Below are positions 47,870 to 57,378 of a DNA stretch of 64,000 nucleotides, piece after piece (position 1 is the stretch's first letter; each line of letters starts with the position of its first letter). Under the pieces are notes generated by a model, which ran no database searches, was not told the DNA's origin, and worked only from the letters and a program-made list of their open reading frames with translations. A program made the translations under genes and the position numbers. Source of the DNA: Myxococcota bacterium (GTDB taxonomy: Bacteria > Myxococcota_A > UBA9160 > UBA4427); contig OZ252299.1 in assembly GCA_965250285.1 (NCBI GenBank), positions 5,216,001 to 5,280,000 on the forward strand, written 5' to 3'.

Positions 47870-49114
47870 TCAGGCTTTGCTCTCGGCTGCGGCTGCGGCT
47901 TCGGCTGCCGGCGCACCCGGCACGCGCAGCCAGGCGAGCAGCACGGCGGCGATGCCGATCGCACCGACGAAGAGCTGCAGCGCGGTCACGTAGCTGCCCG
48001 TCGTGTCGCGGCTCCAGCCTGCGATCGGGTAGCCCAGCATCACCAGCACGCTGATCGCGGGTGAGATGAGGCCCATCGCGCGGCCGAAGCTCGCGACGCC
48101 GAACACCGCGGCGACGAGCGCGCCCCAGATCGGCAGCATGCCGCCGGTAGCGAGCCCCATGAGCACGGCTGCGACATAGAGCACCCACTGCTTGGGCTCG
48201 ATCGCGAGCAGCGCTATGCCAACGCCAGCGAGGAGCAGCGCGAGCCAGAGGCCGACACGAAGCGGAATGCGATCGGCGAGCGCACCGAAGGCGAGTTTGC
48301 CGATGAAGCCGAAGAAGGCGATGGTGCTCAGCAGCTGCGTCGCGAGCGAGGCGTCGAACGAGAGCGTCTCGACGTACTTGCCGAGGTTGCTCATCACTGC
48401 GGTGTAGCTCATGAAGAGGAGCCCGAGGCAGAGGCTCATCAGCCAGTAGCCCGGCGCGCGCAGAATGTCGGGCGTCGTCCACGCCTCGCTCGGCGCGTTG
48501 GCAGCCGAGGGGGCGGCCGCATCGGCGCCGTCCGGGGTCGGCTGTGCCGGCGGATGATCTCGGAGCGCGAACACGAGCAGCGGCGCCACGGCCACCACCA
48601 CGGTCGCGGCCAGCGCGCGCATCGCGCCGCGCCAGCCGAATTCACCGATCCAGAGCTCGAGCAGCTGCGGCAGCACGACGCCGCCTACCGACGTGCCCAT
48701 CGCCGCGATGCCGAGGGCCTTGCCGCGATTCTCGTCGAACCAGCGAGAGACGACCGCCGAACCGGTGAGCGGCCCGAGCAGCGTGGCCCCGGTGCCGATC
48801 AGCAGCGCGAAGACCAACGCGAACTGCGTGACGCTGGTCGAGACCGACATCAGCATGAGTCCGGCCGCGAGCGAAGCGCAGCCGATCAGCATCAGGCCTC
48901 GCGCCGACCAGCGATCGACGAGCGGGCCGAAGAGCGGGGCCGATGCGATGCCGGCGAGCCCGGCGCCGGACATGCTCCACATGACGTCGGTGACGCTGGC
49001 GTCGAACGCCTCCTGAACGGGCACGACGAAGAGCGGAAACCCGTACGAATAGAAGCCAGACATGAAGAGCTGCGCGACGAAGACGCTCGCGACGATCCAC
49101 CAACCCGAGTGCAT
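47870..49114 (-). CDS. MFS transporter (MCT/OFA-like)
   Basis: 12 TM, 'GPLVDRWSAR', 'RWFDENRGKALG'. Confidence 0.88.
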   Translation of the reverse strand: MHSGWWIVASVFVAQLFMSGFYSYGFPLFVVPVQEAFDASVTDVMWSMSGAGLAGIASAPLFGPLVDRWSARGLMLIGCASLAAGLMLMSVSTSVTQFALVFALLIGTGATLLGPLTGSAVVSRWFDENRGKALGIAAMGTSVGGVVLPQLLELWIGEFGWRGAMRALAATVVVAVAPLLVFALRDHPPAQPTPDGADAAAPSAANAPSEAWTTPDILRAPGYWLMSLCLGLLFMSYTAVMSNLGKYVETLSFDASLATQLLSTIAFFGFIGKLAFGALADRIPLRVGLWLALLLAGVGIALLAIEPKQWVLYVAAVLMGLATGGMLPIWGALVAAVFGVASFGRAMGLISPAISVLVMLGYPIAGWSRDTTGSYVTALQLFVGAIGIAAVLLAWLRVPGAPAAEAAAAAESKA

Positions 49115-49251
49115 TCGGTCTCGTCCTCGCTGGCCCTTCGGGCCGTGCACTGCACCGCCACGTGCGCCGCGCCGGTGGACGACGCGACGGCGCCGCGCCT
49201 CGCGTCGAGCCTAGTCGAAACCGGCGCCGGTCACATCGAGGACCGAAAGCC

Positions 49252-50517
49252 TCAGGTGAGTGTCTTCGCGGCGTGACGAGGCTCGGAGAGCACGAACGTC
49301 ATGGCGCCCGCGATCGTCAGGCTGAGCGCGACGAGGACGAACGTGAGCGTGTAGCCCGTCGCATCGATCAGCACGCCGAACAGCGGCGACGCGGCGAGCG
49401 CGACGACCGAGGACACCTGCGTGAGCGAGAGCGCCTGCGGGTGCTGGTCGCGGGGCGTGATCTCGAGGACGTAGTTGGCGAAGACGCGCAGGACCACCGG
49501 CGTGAGCCCGACCCCGACGAAGATCAAGGCGTAGAGCCGTCGGCCCAGCGCAGGCTCGAGGTGGGCGATGAAGAGCGCGAGGAGCGGGGTCGCGGCGCTC
49601 GCGAAGATCGACACGCGCAGACCGAGGCGATTGCCGGCCCGGTCGACCAGCGGGCCGACGAAGAGCGTGATGACGGCCATCGACAGGTTCTGCACGACGA
49701 CCCAGACCATCCAATCGACGCCGCCCAGGCCGAGACGGTCGCGGGCCAGCGCCTGATAGTGGGGCAGGAGCGCCAGCGAAGTAATGAAGAAGACGTTCAG
49801 CACGACCGCGCGGCGCAGGTCGACGTTCGTGCGCAGCAAGGTCACAGCCACGCGAAACGCGCCGGGCTCGTCATCGGTGGTGGGCTCGGGCGGGTCGGGG
49901 TGCTCCTTCAGGAACGGAGTCGACGCGGCGGCGAGTGAGAGCAACAACCCGACGAACAGAAAGGACCAGGCGAAGCCGAGTGTGCCGGGCAGCTCGAGCC
50001 AGCCGGGGAGCAGCCACCACGCACACAGCGCAGCCAATGCGGCGCCCACCGACGTGCTCACCGCCATCAGGCGGCCGCGATGCTCGGGTGCGATCAGCTT
50101 GCCCTGAAGGCTGCCCTGGGCGTTGCCCCAGATGCCCGTCGAGACGAAGAACACCGCGTAGAGGGCGAGAAAGACCCAGACCAGCCAGGGCGGGGCGGCC
50201 TGCTCGCCGAGCACGAGCAGCAGGAGGCCGATCGCACCGAACGGCACCGCCATGGCCGCCGAGGCGCCGAAGTAGACGCGCTTCTTGAACGGCGCGCGGT
50301 GAATGCGAGCCGCCAGCAAGAAGGGCGGGACCGACTGTGCCACGCGATTCACGATGGGCAGCAGGCCGCGAACCCAACCCGCGCCCGACACGGCATCGAC
50401 GAAGGCCGGCACGATGACGCTCTCAGTCTTGAAGATCCAGCCGATGCGACCGAGGACGAAGTTGGCCGCCATGATCGCCGCGTTGCGCGGCTCGTGCGGG
50501 GCGGCTTCGCGATCCAC
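49252..50517 (-). CDS. MFS transporter
   Basis: About 12 TM, 'GPLVDRAGNR'; coupled to the argS stop. Confidence 0.8.
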   Translation of the reverse strand: MDREAAPHEPRNAAIMAANFVLGRIGWIFKTESVIVPAFVDAVSGAGWVRGLLPIVNRVAQSVPPFLLAARIHRAPFKKRVYFGASAAMAVPFGAIGLLLLVLGEQAAPPWLVWVFLALYAVFFVSTGIWGNAQGSLQGKLIAPEHRGRLMAVSTSVGAALAALCAWWLLPGWLELPGTLGFAWSFLFVGLLLSLAAASTPFLKEHPDPPEPTTDDEPGAFRVAVTLLRTNVDLRRAVVLNVFFITSLALLPHYQALARDRLGLGGVDWMVWVVVQNLSMAVITLFVGPLVDRAGNRLGLRVSIFASAATPLLALFIAHLEPALGRRLYALIFVGVGLTPVVLRVFANYVLEITPRDQHPQALSLTQVSSVVALAASPLFGVLIDATGYTLTFVLVALSLTIAGAMTFVLSEPRHAAKTLT

Positions 50518-52256
50518 TACATGCGATCGGGTGCGGCGACGCCCAGGAGACCGAGACCGGTCTTCAGCATCGATCGAGCGGCGACGACCAGCGCGAGGCG
50601 CGCGTCGCGCAGCGCGTCCTCGGCACCGAGCACGTGGTGGTCGCGCAGATAGCTGTGGATGTCGCCTGCGAGGTCGATCATGAGCTTGGTGATCACGCTC
50701 GGCTCGTTCTGGGCCGACGCGCGCTCGAGGGTCGGCCCGAACTCGAGCATGGTGAGCAGCACCTGCTCGGCGTCCTCGAGCAGCGCCCAGTCGACGTTCG
50801 TCGGGTCGAGGGGGACGCCGCCCTGCTCGTCGAGGGCGCCGGCGTTGCGCAGGATGCCCGAGAGCCGCGCCACGGCGAACTGGACGTACGGGCCGGTTTC
50901 GCCATCGAAGTTCAGCATGGCGTCCCAGTCGAACTTCACGTCCTTGATGCGCGCGTTCTTCAGATCGTTGAAGACGATGGCCGACACGCCCACCTGCTCG
51001 GCGACGTCGTCGGCGTTCTCGAGGTCGGGGTTCTTCTCGGCGATGATGCGACGCACGTTCGCCACTGCCTCGTCGAGCACCTCATCGAGAAAGATCGCGT
51101 TGCCGCCTCGCGTGGCGAACTTCTCCCACTTCCCCGTGTCTTCGTTCTTCGCGAGGATCAAGCCGAAGGGCACGTGCTCGATGTGTTCGGCCTGGGGCAA
51201 CCCCATTTTCGAGATGACTTCGCGCAGCTGCTGAAAGTGCAGCTTCTGTTCACTGCCGACGACATAGAGCGCGCGATCGAAGTGAAACGTCTCCATGCGG
51301 TAGAAGATCGCGGCGAGATCGCGCGTCGCATAGATCGTCGTGCCATCGCTCTTTCGCAGGATGCAGGGCGGCATGTCGTCGCCGAAGGCGACGACCTCGG
51401 CGCCCTCGCTGGTCTCGAGGATGCCCGCTTCGGCAACGCGCGCGACGGCGGCCTCCATCTTGTCTTCGTAGAAGCTCTCGCCGGTGAAGTGGTCGAAGTC
51501 GACGCCGAGGCGAGCATAGGGGCCTTCGAACGCGGCCAGCGAAATGTCGCGCAGGCGGTTCCAGAGCTGGCGCTCGGCGTTGTCCTCGCCCGACTCGAGG
51601 CGCCGGAAGTTCTCGGCGCTCTCTTCATCGAGGGCCCGATTCGTCTTGGCTTCGCGCCCGTAACGCACGTAGATCTCGAACAGGTGCCGCATGGGGCTCG
51701 CTTCGAGCTCGGCGTCGGATCCCCAGTGCCGGAAGGCCGTGATGATCTTGCCGAACTGGCTGCCCCAGTCGCCGAGATGATTGATGCCGTGCACCTCGTG
51801 CCCGAGATGTCGGTGGATCTTGCAGAGCGCGCTGCCGATCACGGTCGAGCGCAGGTGACCCATGTGGAAGGGCTTGGCGATGTTCGGTGACGAGTAGTCG
51901 ATGACGATCACTTCGCCGGTCGACTTCGCCGGCCCGAAGGGGGCGACCCCGTCGCGGATGCCGGTGATCACATACTCGGCGAGGGCCGAGCGCCGGAAGC
52001 GGAAGTTGACGAAGGGACCCGTCGCGACGGCCGACTCGAGCACGGCGTCGGGCGTGAACGAAGCGGCCAGCGCCTCGGCGATCTTCGGGGGCGCCTGCTG
52101 GCGCAGCTTGGCGAGCGGGAAGCAGCCGAGGGCGACATCGCCGAACTTGCGATCCTTCGGCGGCTGCAGGCGCAGCTGAGCCGCGACCTCGGGGGGGACA
52201 TCGCCCACCGCGGCCTCGACCAGCTGCTCGAGATGTGTCGTCGGATCCCCGCCCAC
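50517..52256 (-). CDS. argS: Arginine--tRNA ligase
   Basis: 'DYSSPNIAKPFHMGHLRSTVIG', 'NHLGDWG', 'YATRDLAA', 'GETGPY'. Confidence 0.97.
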   Translation of the reverse strand: MGGDPTTHLEQLVEAAVGDVPPEVAAQLRLQPPKDRKFGDVALGCFPLAKLRQQAPPKIAEALAASFTPDAVLESAVATGPFVNFRFRRSALAEYVITGIRDGVAPFGPAKSTGEVIVIDYSSPNIAKPFHMGHLRSTVIGSALCKIHRHLGHEVHGINHLGDWGSQFGKIITAFRHWGSDAELEASPMRHLFEIYVRYGREAKTNRALDEESAENFRRLESGEDNAERQLWNRLRDISLAAFEGPYARLGVDFDHFTGESFYEDKMEAAVARVAEAGILETSEGAEVVAFGDDMPPCILRKSDGTTIYATRDLAAIFYRMETFHFDRALYVVGSEQKLHFQQLREVISKMGLPQAEHIEHVPFGLILAKNEDTGKWEKFATRGGNAIFLDEVLDEAVANVRRIIAEKNPDLENADDVAEQVGVSAIVFNDLKNARIKDVKFDWDAMLNFDGETGPYVQFAVARLSGILRNAGALDEQGGVPLDPTNVDWALLEDAEQVLLTMLEFGPTLERASAQNEPSVITKLMIDLAGDIHSYLRDHHVLGAEDALRDARLALVVAARSMLKTGLGLLGVAAPDRM

Positions 52257-52344
52257 GGGTGGCGCCTCCGGTTCTGGAAGCGCCCACCGTTAGCTCAACT
52301 CCGGATCGCGCGTCCACTTGAGGGAGCGGGGTGGGTTGCACGGG

Positions 52345-52476
52345 CGCGTTTTCGGGGGTGGCGTCCTCAGACTCCGGCGGGCCGGCCTTGCGGGCGGCGT
52401 TCTTTGGGGGGGCCATCGTGAGATGAGAGACTGGCTGGCCCGCCTTCGACTTGCGGGCGCCACCCCCGAAAACGCG
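52345..52476 (+). repeat. Dispersed hairpin element copy R6
   Basis: CGCGTTTTCGGGGGTGGCG...CGCCACCCCCGAAAACGCG; inner stem GGCGGGCC/GGCCCGCC. Confidence 0.9.
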
Positions 52477-52673
52477 AGCGTTGCGGAGCGACGCCGCGCC
52501 AGGGGCGTGGCCCGCACGATCTCTTCGCGGGGGGCAGACGCGGCCTGCGGCCGCGTCTGACATCTCCCTCTCTCTATTGCCTGGTGGCGGCCCGCCGCTG
52601 CTCCGTTCGACTGGGCGTGTCGGTCGGCCGACGATCCAGGCGCACGCGGGCGATCCGGCGCCGCGCGCCGCCT

Positions 52674-52808
52674 TCGGGTTTTCGGGGGTGGCGCCCGCAA
52701 GTTGGAGGCGAGCGCCACCCCCACCCCGGCGCCCGCCCCGAGCACAAACGAAGGGCCGCCGCACAGCCCGCGAGCCGGAATCTGAGGACGACACCCCCGA
52801 AAACCCGA
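52674..52808 (-). repeat. Dispersed hairpin element copy R7 (inverted relative to R6)
   Basis: TCGGGTTTTCGGGGGTG...CACCCCCGAAAACCCGA; loop nearly identical to R2. Confidence 0.9.
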
Positions 52809-52934
52809 CCCCAGCACCCGCCCCCACAATCTCCACACACCGCCTCGTCCCGCCCCCACCCGCCCCCCGACCGTTCCGGTACGATTGCCCCCGACAGGCT
52901 CTCTTCCCCCCCCTGTGCGACCGCCGGAGCCACC

Positions 52935-55181
52935 ATGGAACCCGTCCCCCCGCCGATCCCGCTCAAGCCGCGGGCGGTGCGTACCGAAAACGTCGAAATG
53001 TCCTCTCGCAGCGCAAAGGACGCCCAGGTCGACTCGCCCGAGCCGGGTGAAGAGGACGGGCTCGACCTCAGCTCGCCCGAGCTCTACCTGAACCGCGAGT
53101 TCACGTGGATCGACTTCAACGGCCGCGTGCTGTCGCTGGCCAAGAACGAGCGGACGCCTCTGCTCGAGCGGCTGAAGTTTCTCGCCATCGTCGGCTCGAA
53201 CTTCGACGAGTTCTTCATGAAGCGCGTGGGTGTGCTGGGGCAGCAGGTGAGCGCCGGTGTGCGCGACCTCAGCTTCGACGGTCGGACGCCCCTCGAGCAG
53301 GTCGTCGAGTGTGCCTCGCGCTATCGGCTGCTGCTGCCGGTGCAAGAAGCCGTGCGGCGCGAGATCGTCGATGCGCTGCAGGATCACGCCATTCACGTCG
53401 TCGCCTATGACGATCTCGAAGAAGCCGAGCGCGAGAAGGTTCGCGACTCGTACGTCGAGAACATCTACCCGCTGGTGACGCCCCAGGCGATGGATCCGGC
53501 GCATCCCTTTCCGTTCGTCTCGAATCTCTCGCTCAATCTGCTCGTCGCGCTGCGCCATCCGAAGGACAACGTGCGCGTGCGCGCACGCGTGAAGGTGCCG
53601 GTCGGGCCGGGCATTCCGCGCTTCCTGCGCGTCGCCGAAGAAGAAGACCGATTCGTGCCCCTCGAAGAGGTGATGGCCGCAAACCTCGACCTGCTCTTTC
53701 CGGGGATGGACATCGAGGCCAGTGATCTCTTTCGTGTGACCCGCAACGTCGCCGTGGAGCGCGAAGAAGAAGGGGCCGAAGACCTGCTCGCCCTCATCGA
53801 GAGCGAGCTGCTCGAGCGTCGTTTCGCCGACATCGTCCGGCTCGAGGTCGACGCCACGATGTCCGATGCGCACCGCAAGCTGCTCGCCGACGAGTTCGAG
53901 CTCGACCCCGAACGCGGGGTCTTCGAGGTGGAGGGCATGCTCGGGCTGCGTGATTTGATGCAGATCGCCAGCATCGACCAAGCCGAGCTTCACGACCCGC
54001 CGCATCGTCCGCTCGATCATCCCGAGCTGATCAGCGACCGCCCGATCTTCGACATCGTGCGCGACCGAGGCAGCATCTTCGTCGCACATCCGTATCAGTC
54101 GTTCTCGAGCTCGGTCGAGCGCTTTCTCAAGGAGGCGAGCACCGACCCGCAGGTGTACGCCATCAAGATGACCGTGTACCGCACGAGCGAAGATTCGCAC
54201 GTCATCGATCATCTGATCGAGGCTGCTCGCCGGGGCAAGCAGGTCGCGGTGGTCGTCGAGCTCAAGGCCCGCTTCGACGAAGAGGCCAACATTCGCTGGG
54301 CCAATCGGCTCGAGCAGTTCGGCATTCACGTGACGTACGGCGTGATGGGCGTGAAGACGCACTGCAAGGTGATCCTCGCCGTGCGGCGCGATCGCGATGG
54401 GCTGCGCCGCTACGTGCACCTCGGCACGGGCAACTACCACGCTCAGAATGCGCGCATCTACTCGGACGTCGGCCTGCTCACGTGCGATCCCGAGATCGGG
54501 GCCGACGCGACCGAGCTCTTCAACTACCTGACGACCGGCTACAAGCCGAAGCGGCGCTACGCGAAGCTGCTCGTGGCGCCGAGCTACATGAAGCCCGGCC
54601 TGATCGAGATGATCGACCGCGAGATCGAGATTCAGCGAACTGGCGGCGAGGGCCTGATCCAGATCAAGGTCAACGCGCTCGAGCACCCCGCGCTCGCCGA
54701 AGCGCTCTACCGTGCATCGAGCGCCGGCGTTCAGGTCGACCTCATCGTTCGCGATACCTGCCGGGTGCGACCCGGGCTGCCCGGGATCTCCGAGTCGATG
54801 CGTGTCGTCTCGCTCGTCGGACGCTTCCTCGAGCACGCGCGCATCTTCCACTTCGGCAACGGCGGCGACCCGGTCTACTACATCGGCTCGGCCGATCTGA
54901 TGTCGCGCAACCTCGACGCGCGGGTCGAGCAGCTCGTGCCGATCGAGCACGACGAGGGCCGCGAGTACCTGCGCTTCATGCTCGACGCCCAGCTCGAGGA
55001 CGACTTCAACGCCTGGGACATGCGCGCCGACGGGACCTACCAGCATCGCCGCCCCACGGATCCCGACGAGCCCAGAGACAGCCACCACGCCCAGATCGAG
55101 CGGGCCGAGCGCGACTACCGGGGGGCCACGCGGCTGCGGCGCCGAAAGCCGTCGGGTGTCGCGAAGCGACTCGCCGACTGA
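52935..55181 (+). CDS. ppk1: Polyphosphate kinase 1
   Basis: 'YLNREF', 'NFDEFFMKRV', 'DPAHPFP', 'ELKARFDEEANI', 'KTHCK', 'GRFLEH'; start 52935 or 52998. Confidence 0.96.
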   Translation: MEPVPPPIPLKPRAVRTENVEMSSRSAKDAQVDSPEPGEEDGLDLSSPELYLNREFTWIDFNGRVLSLAKNERTPLLERLKFLAIVGSNFDEFFMKRVGVLGQQVSAGVRDLSFDGRTPLEQVVECASRYRLLLPVQEAVRREIVDALQDHAIHVVAYDDLEEAEREKVRDSYVENIYPLVTPQAMDPAHPFPFVSNLSLNLLVALRHPKDNVRVRARVKVPVGPGIPRFLRVAEEEDRFVPLEEVMAANLDLLFPGMDIEASDLFRVTRNVAVEREEEGAEDLLALIESELLERRFADIVRLEVDATMSDAHRKLLADEFELDPERGVFEVEGMLGLRDLMQIASIDQAELHDPPHRPLDHPELISDRPIFDIVRDRGSIFVAHPYQSFSSSVERFLKEASTDPQVYAIKMTVYRTSEDSHVIDHLIEAARRGKQVAVVVELKARFDEEANIRWANRLEQFGIHVTYGVMGVKTHCKVILAVRRDRDGLRRYVHLGTGNYHAQNARIYSDVGLLTCDPEIGADATELFNYLTTGYKPKRRYAKLLVAPSYMKPGLIEMIDREIEIQRTGGEGLIQIKVNALEHPALAEALYRASSAGVQVDLIVRDTCRVRPGLPGISESMRVVSLVGRFLEHARIFHFGNGGDPVYYIGSADLMSRNLDARVEQLVPIEHDEGREYLRFMLDAQLEDDFNAWDMRADGTYQHRRPTDPDEPRDSHHAQIERAERDYRGATRLRRRKPSGVAKRLAD

Positions 55182-55295
55182 TCGCCGCGCGCTCGGCGGA
55201 CACTTCGCCAGAATAATCCGAAACGAAATCAGCCACTTGTGAGATCGCCGGGCCCGTCCCACGGAACTCATCCGAAAGCGCTGCCATGCAGTAGA

Positions 55296-55319
55296 TCTAC
55301 CAGATATATCTGGTAGACT
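55296..55319 (+). promoter_or_regulatory. Perfect 22-bp palindrome (probable PadR operator) overlapping a -10 element
   Basis: TCTACCAGATATATCTGGTAGA at 55296-55317; TAGACT at 55314-55319, 7 nt before the ATG. Confidence 0.75.
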
Positions 55320-55326
55320 GATTTGT

Positions 55327-55923
55327 ATGGCCCAATCCAATCGAACTGCATACGCCCTGCTCGGCTTTCTGACGCGCGGCCCCATGTCGGGCTACGACAT
55401 CAAGAAGGCCGTCGAGGGGAGCGTCGACAACTTCTGGAACGAGAGCTTCGGGCAGATCTATCCGACGCTGCGCCGGCTCTCGGATGAAGGGCTGATCGAC
55501 AAGGAAGAAGCGGCCACGCCGGGCGGCAGACCGCGTCACGTCTACGCGATCAACGCCGCAGGGCGTGAGGCGCTCGCCCAGTGGCTGCGTGAAGACACGC
55601 CGCCCCCGCCGGTTCGGATCGAGCTGCTGCTCAAGCTGTTCTTCGGCATTCAGGCCGATCGCGAGACGAATCGGGCGCAGATCCTCGCGTATCGAGAGCG
55701 GATGACGAGCGACCTGGCGCGCTACCGCGCCATCGCCGATGCACTGCGCGCCGAGAAGCACGGGAACGCCGAGCTGCCCTACTGGCTCTTGACCCTGCGC
55801 TTCGGTGAGCGCGACCGACAGGCGCACATCGATTGGTGTGACGAGGCGCTCGAGATGCTCGACCAGCTTCCGAACCCGGGCGACACCCGCCGCACGTCGG
55901 CAATCGAGGAGTGGACACGATGA
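55327..55923 (+). CDS. PadR-family transcriptional regulator (with C-terminal AphA-like domain)
   Basis: 'GPMSGYDIKK', 'FWNESFGQIYPTL', 'LLLKLFF'. Confidence 0.92.
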   Translation: MAQSNRTAYALLGFLTRGPMSGYDIKKAVEGSVDNFWNESFGQIYPTLRRLSDEGLIDKEEAATPGGRPRHVYAINAAGREALAQWLREDTPPPPVRIELLLKLFFGIQADRETNRAQILAYRERMTSDLARYRAIADALRAEKHGNAELPYWLLTLRFGERDRQAHIDWCDEALEMLDQLPNPGDTRRTSAIEEWTR

Positions 55924-57365
55924 CCGAGCCCGACGGCACCGCGCGCGCCTCGCTCTCGACCAAGCTCTACTACGGGCTCGGAGCCACGCCCTTCGGCATC
56001 AAGGACACCGGGTTCAACTACTTCATTCTCATCTACTACAATCAGGTGCTCGGCCTCGATCCTTTCTTTGCCGGGGCCGCGCTCGCCCTCGCCATCGTGA
56101 TCGACGCGGTCTCGGACGTCGCCGTCGGCGTGCTCTCCGACGGTTGGCGCTCGCGGTGGGGGCGGCGGCATCCCTTCATGTACGCGGCGGCGGTGCCCGT
56201 TGCGCTGTCGTTCTACTTCCTCTGGAACCCACCCGCCGCCGCGCTCCAGGGCCAGGCGGTGCTGTTCACCTACCTGCTCGTGATGGCCGTGCTCGTGCGC
56301 AGCTGCCTGACGTTCTTCGAGGTTCCGAACGCCGCGATGGGCCCCGAGCTCACGCAGGACTACAACGATCGCACGGGGCTGATGGCCTTCCGATACGTCT
56401 TCGGGTGGCTCGGCGGCCTCTCGATGGCCGTGCTCGCGTACACCGTCCTCCTGCCCTCCGATGCGGCCGGTCAGCTCGGCCCGCGCGGCTACCAGCTGAT
56501 CGGCGTGATCGGCAGCGGCTCGATGCTCGCCCTGATGGTGTTGTCTTCGCTCGGCACGCATCGGCACATTCGCGAGTTCCACGTGCCCGCTCCGCGCGCT
56601 CGGCTCGATCGCCGCGCCATCGTCGAATCGATCACGTCGATGTTCCGCAACCGGTCCTTCGTATCGGTCTTCGTGTCGGCGCTGTTCTTCGGAGCGGCAG
56701 CCGGCGTATCGCAGGCCATGTCGATCTATGTCAGCACCTTCTTCTGGCTGCTGAGCTCGGTCGAGATCGGATACATCCCGATGCTGGGCCTCATCGCGGT
56801 GCCCGCTTCGTACCTGATCGCGCCTCGGCTCGCGGCGCGGTGGGGCAAGAAGCAGGCCGCGATGCACTGCTTCCTCTTCGCGATCGTGTTTCTGCCGATC
56901 GCGTTCATCGCGCAGCTCGCGGGGGTCTTCCCGGGCCGGGAGAGCCCCTTCTATCTACCTCTGCTGATGTCGCACTACCTCGTCGAGACGACCGCGATCA
57001 TCTGCATGCAGATCGTGTTCGCATCGATGAACGCCGACGTCGTCGAGGATCGCAGTGCAGAGACCGAGGGGCGGCGCGACGAGGGCCTGATCTTCGCCGC
57101 CCGCAACTTCTCGAAGAAGGCGGTGTCGGGTCTGGGCGTGCTGCTCGCGGGGTTGATCCTCTGGGTCGCCCGCTTCCCCGATCAGGCCAAGCCCGGCGAA
57201 GTCGAGCCGTCGTCGGTGACGACGCTCGTCCTGGTCTATCTACCGGTGATCCTCGGCCTGTATCTCGCATCGTGGCGTGCGCTCGGCGGATACGACATCG
57301 ACCGCGCCAAGCATCAGGCGAACCTCGATCGCACCCGGCTGCACCCGGCCCGTCCGCAGGGCTGA
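55920..57365 (+). CDS. GPH/MelB-like MFS transporter
   Basis: 'SDGWRSRWGRRHPF', 'ELTQDYNDRT', 'RRDEG'; ATGA coupling to padR. Confidence 0.88.
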   Translation: MTEPDGTARASLSTKLYYGLGATPFGIKDTGFNYFILIYYNQVLGLDPFFAGAALALAIVIDAVSDVAVGVLSDGWRSRWGRRHPFMYAAAVPVALSFYFLWNPPAAALQGQAVLFTYLLVMAVLVRSCLTFFEVPNAAMGPELTQDYNDRTGLMAFRYVFGWLGGLSMAVLAYTVLLPSDAAGQLGPRGYQLIGVIGSGSMLALMVLSSLGTHRHIREFHVPAPRARLDRRAIVESITSMFRNRSFVSVFVSALFFGAAAGVSQAMSIYVSTFFWLLSSVEIGYIPMLGLIAVPASYLIAPRLAARWGKKQAAMHCFLFAIVFLPIAFIAQLAGVFPGRESPFYLPLLMSHYLVETTAIICMQIVFASMNADVVEDRSAETEGRRDEGLIFAARNFSKKAVSGLGVLLAGLILWVARFPDQAKPGEVEPSSVTTLVLVYLPVILGLYLASWRALGGYDIDRAKHQANLDRTRLHPARPQG

Positions 57366-57378
57366 CCCGCGACCGCGC

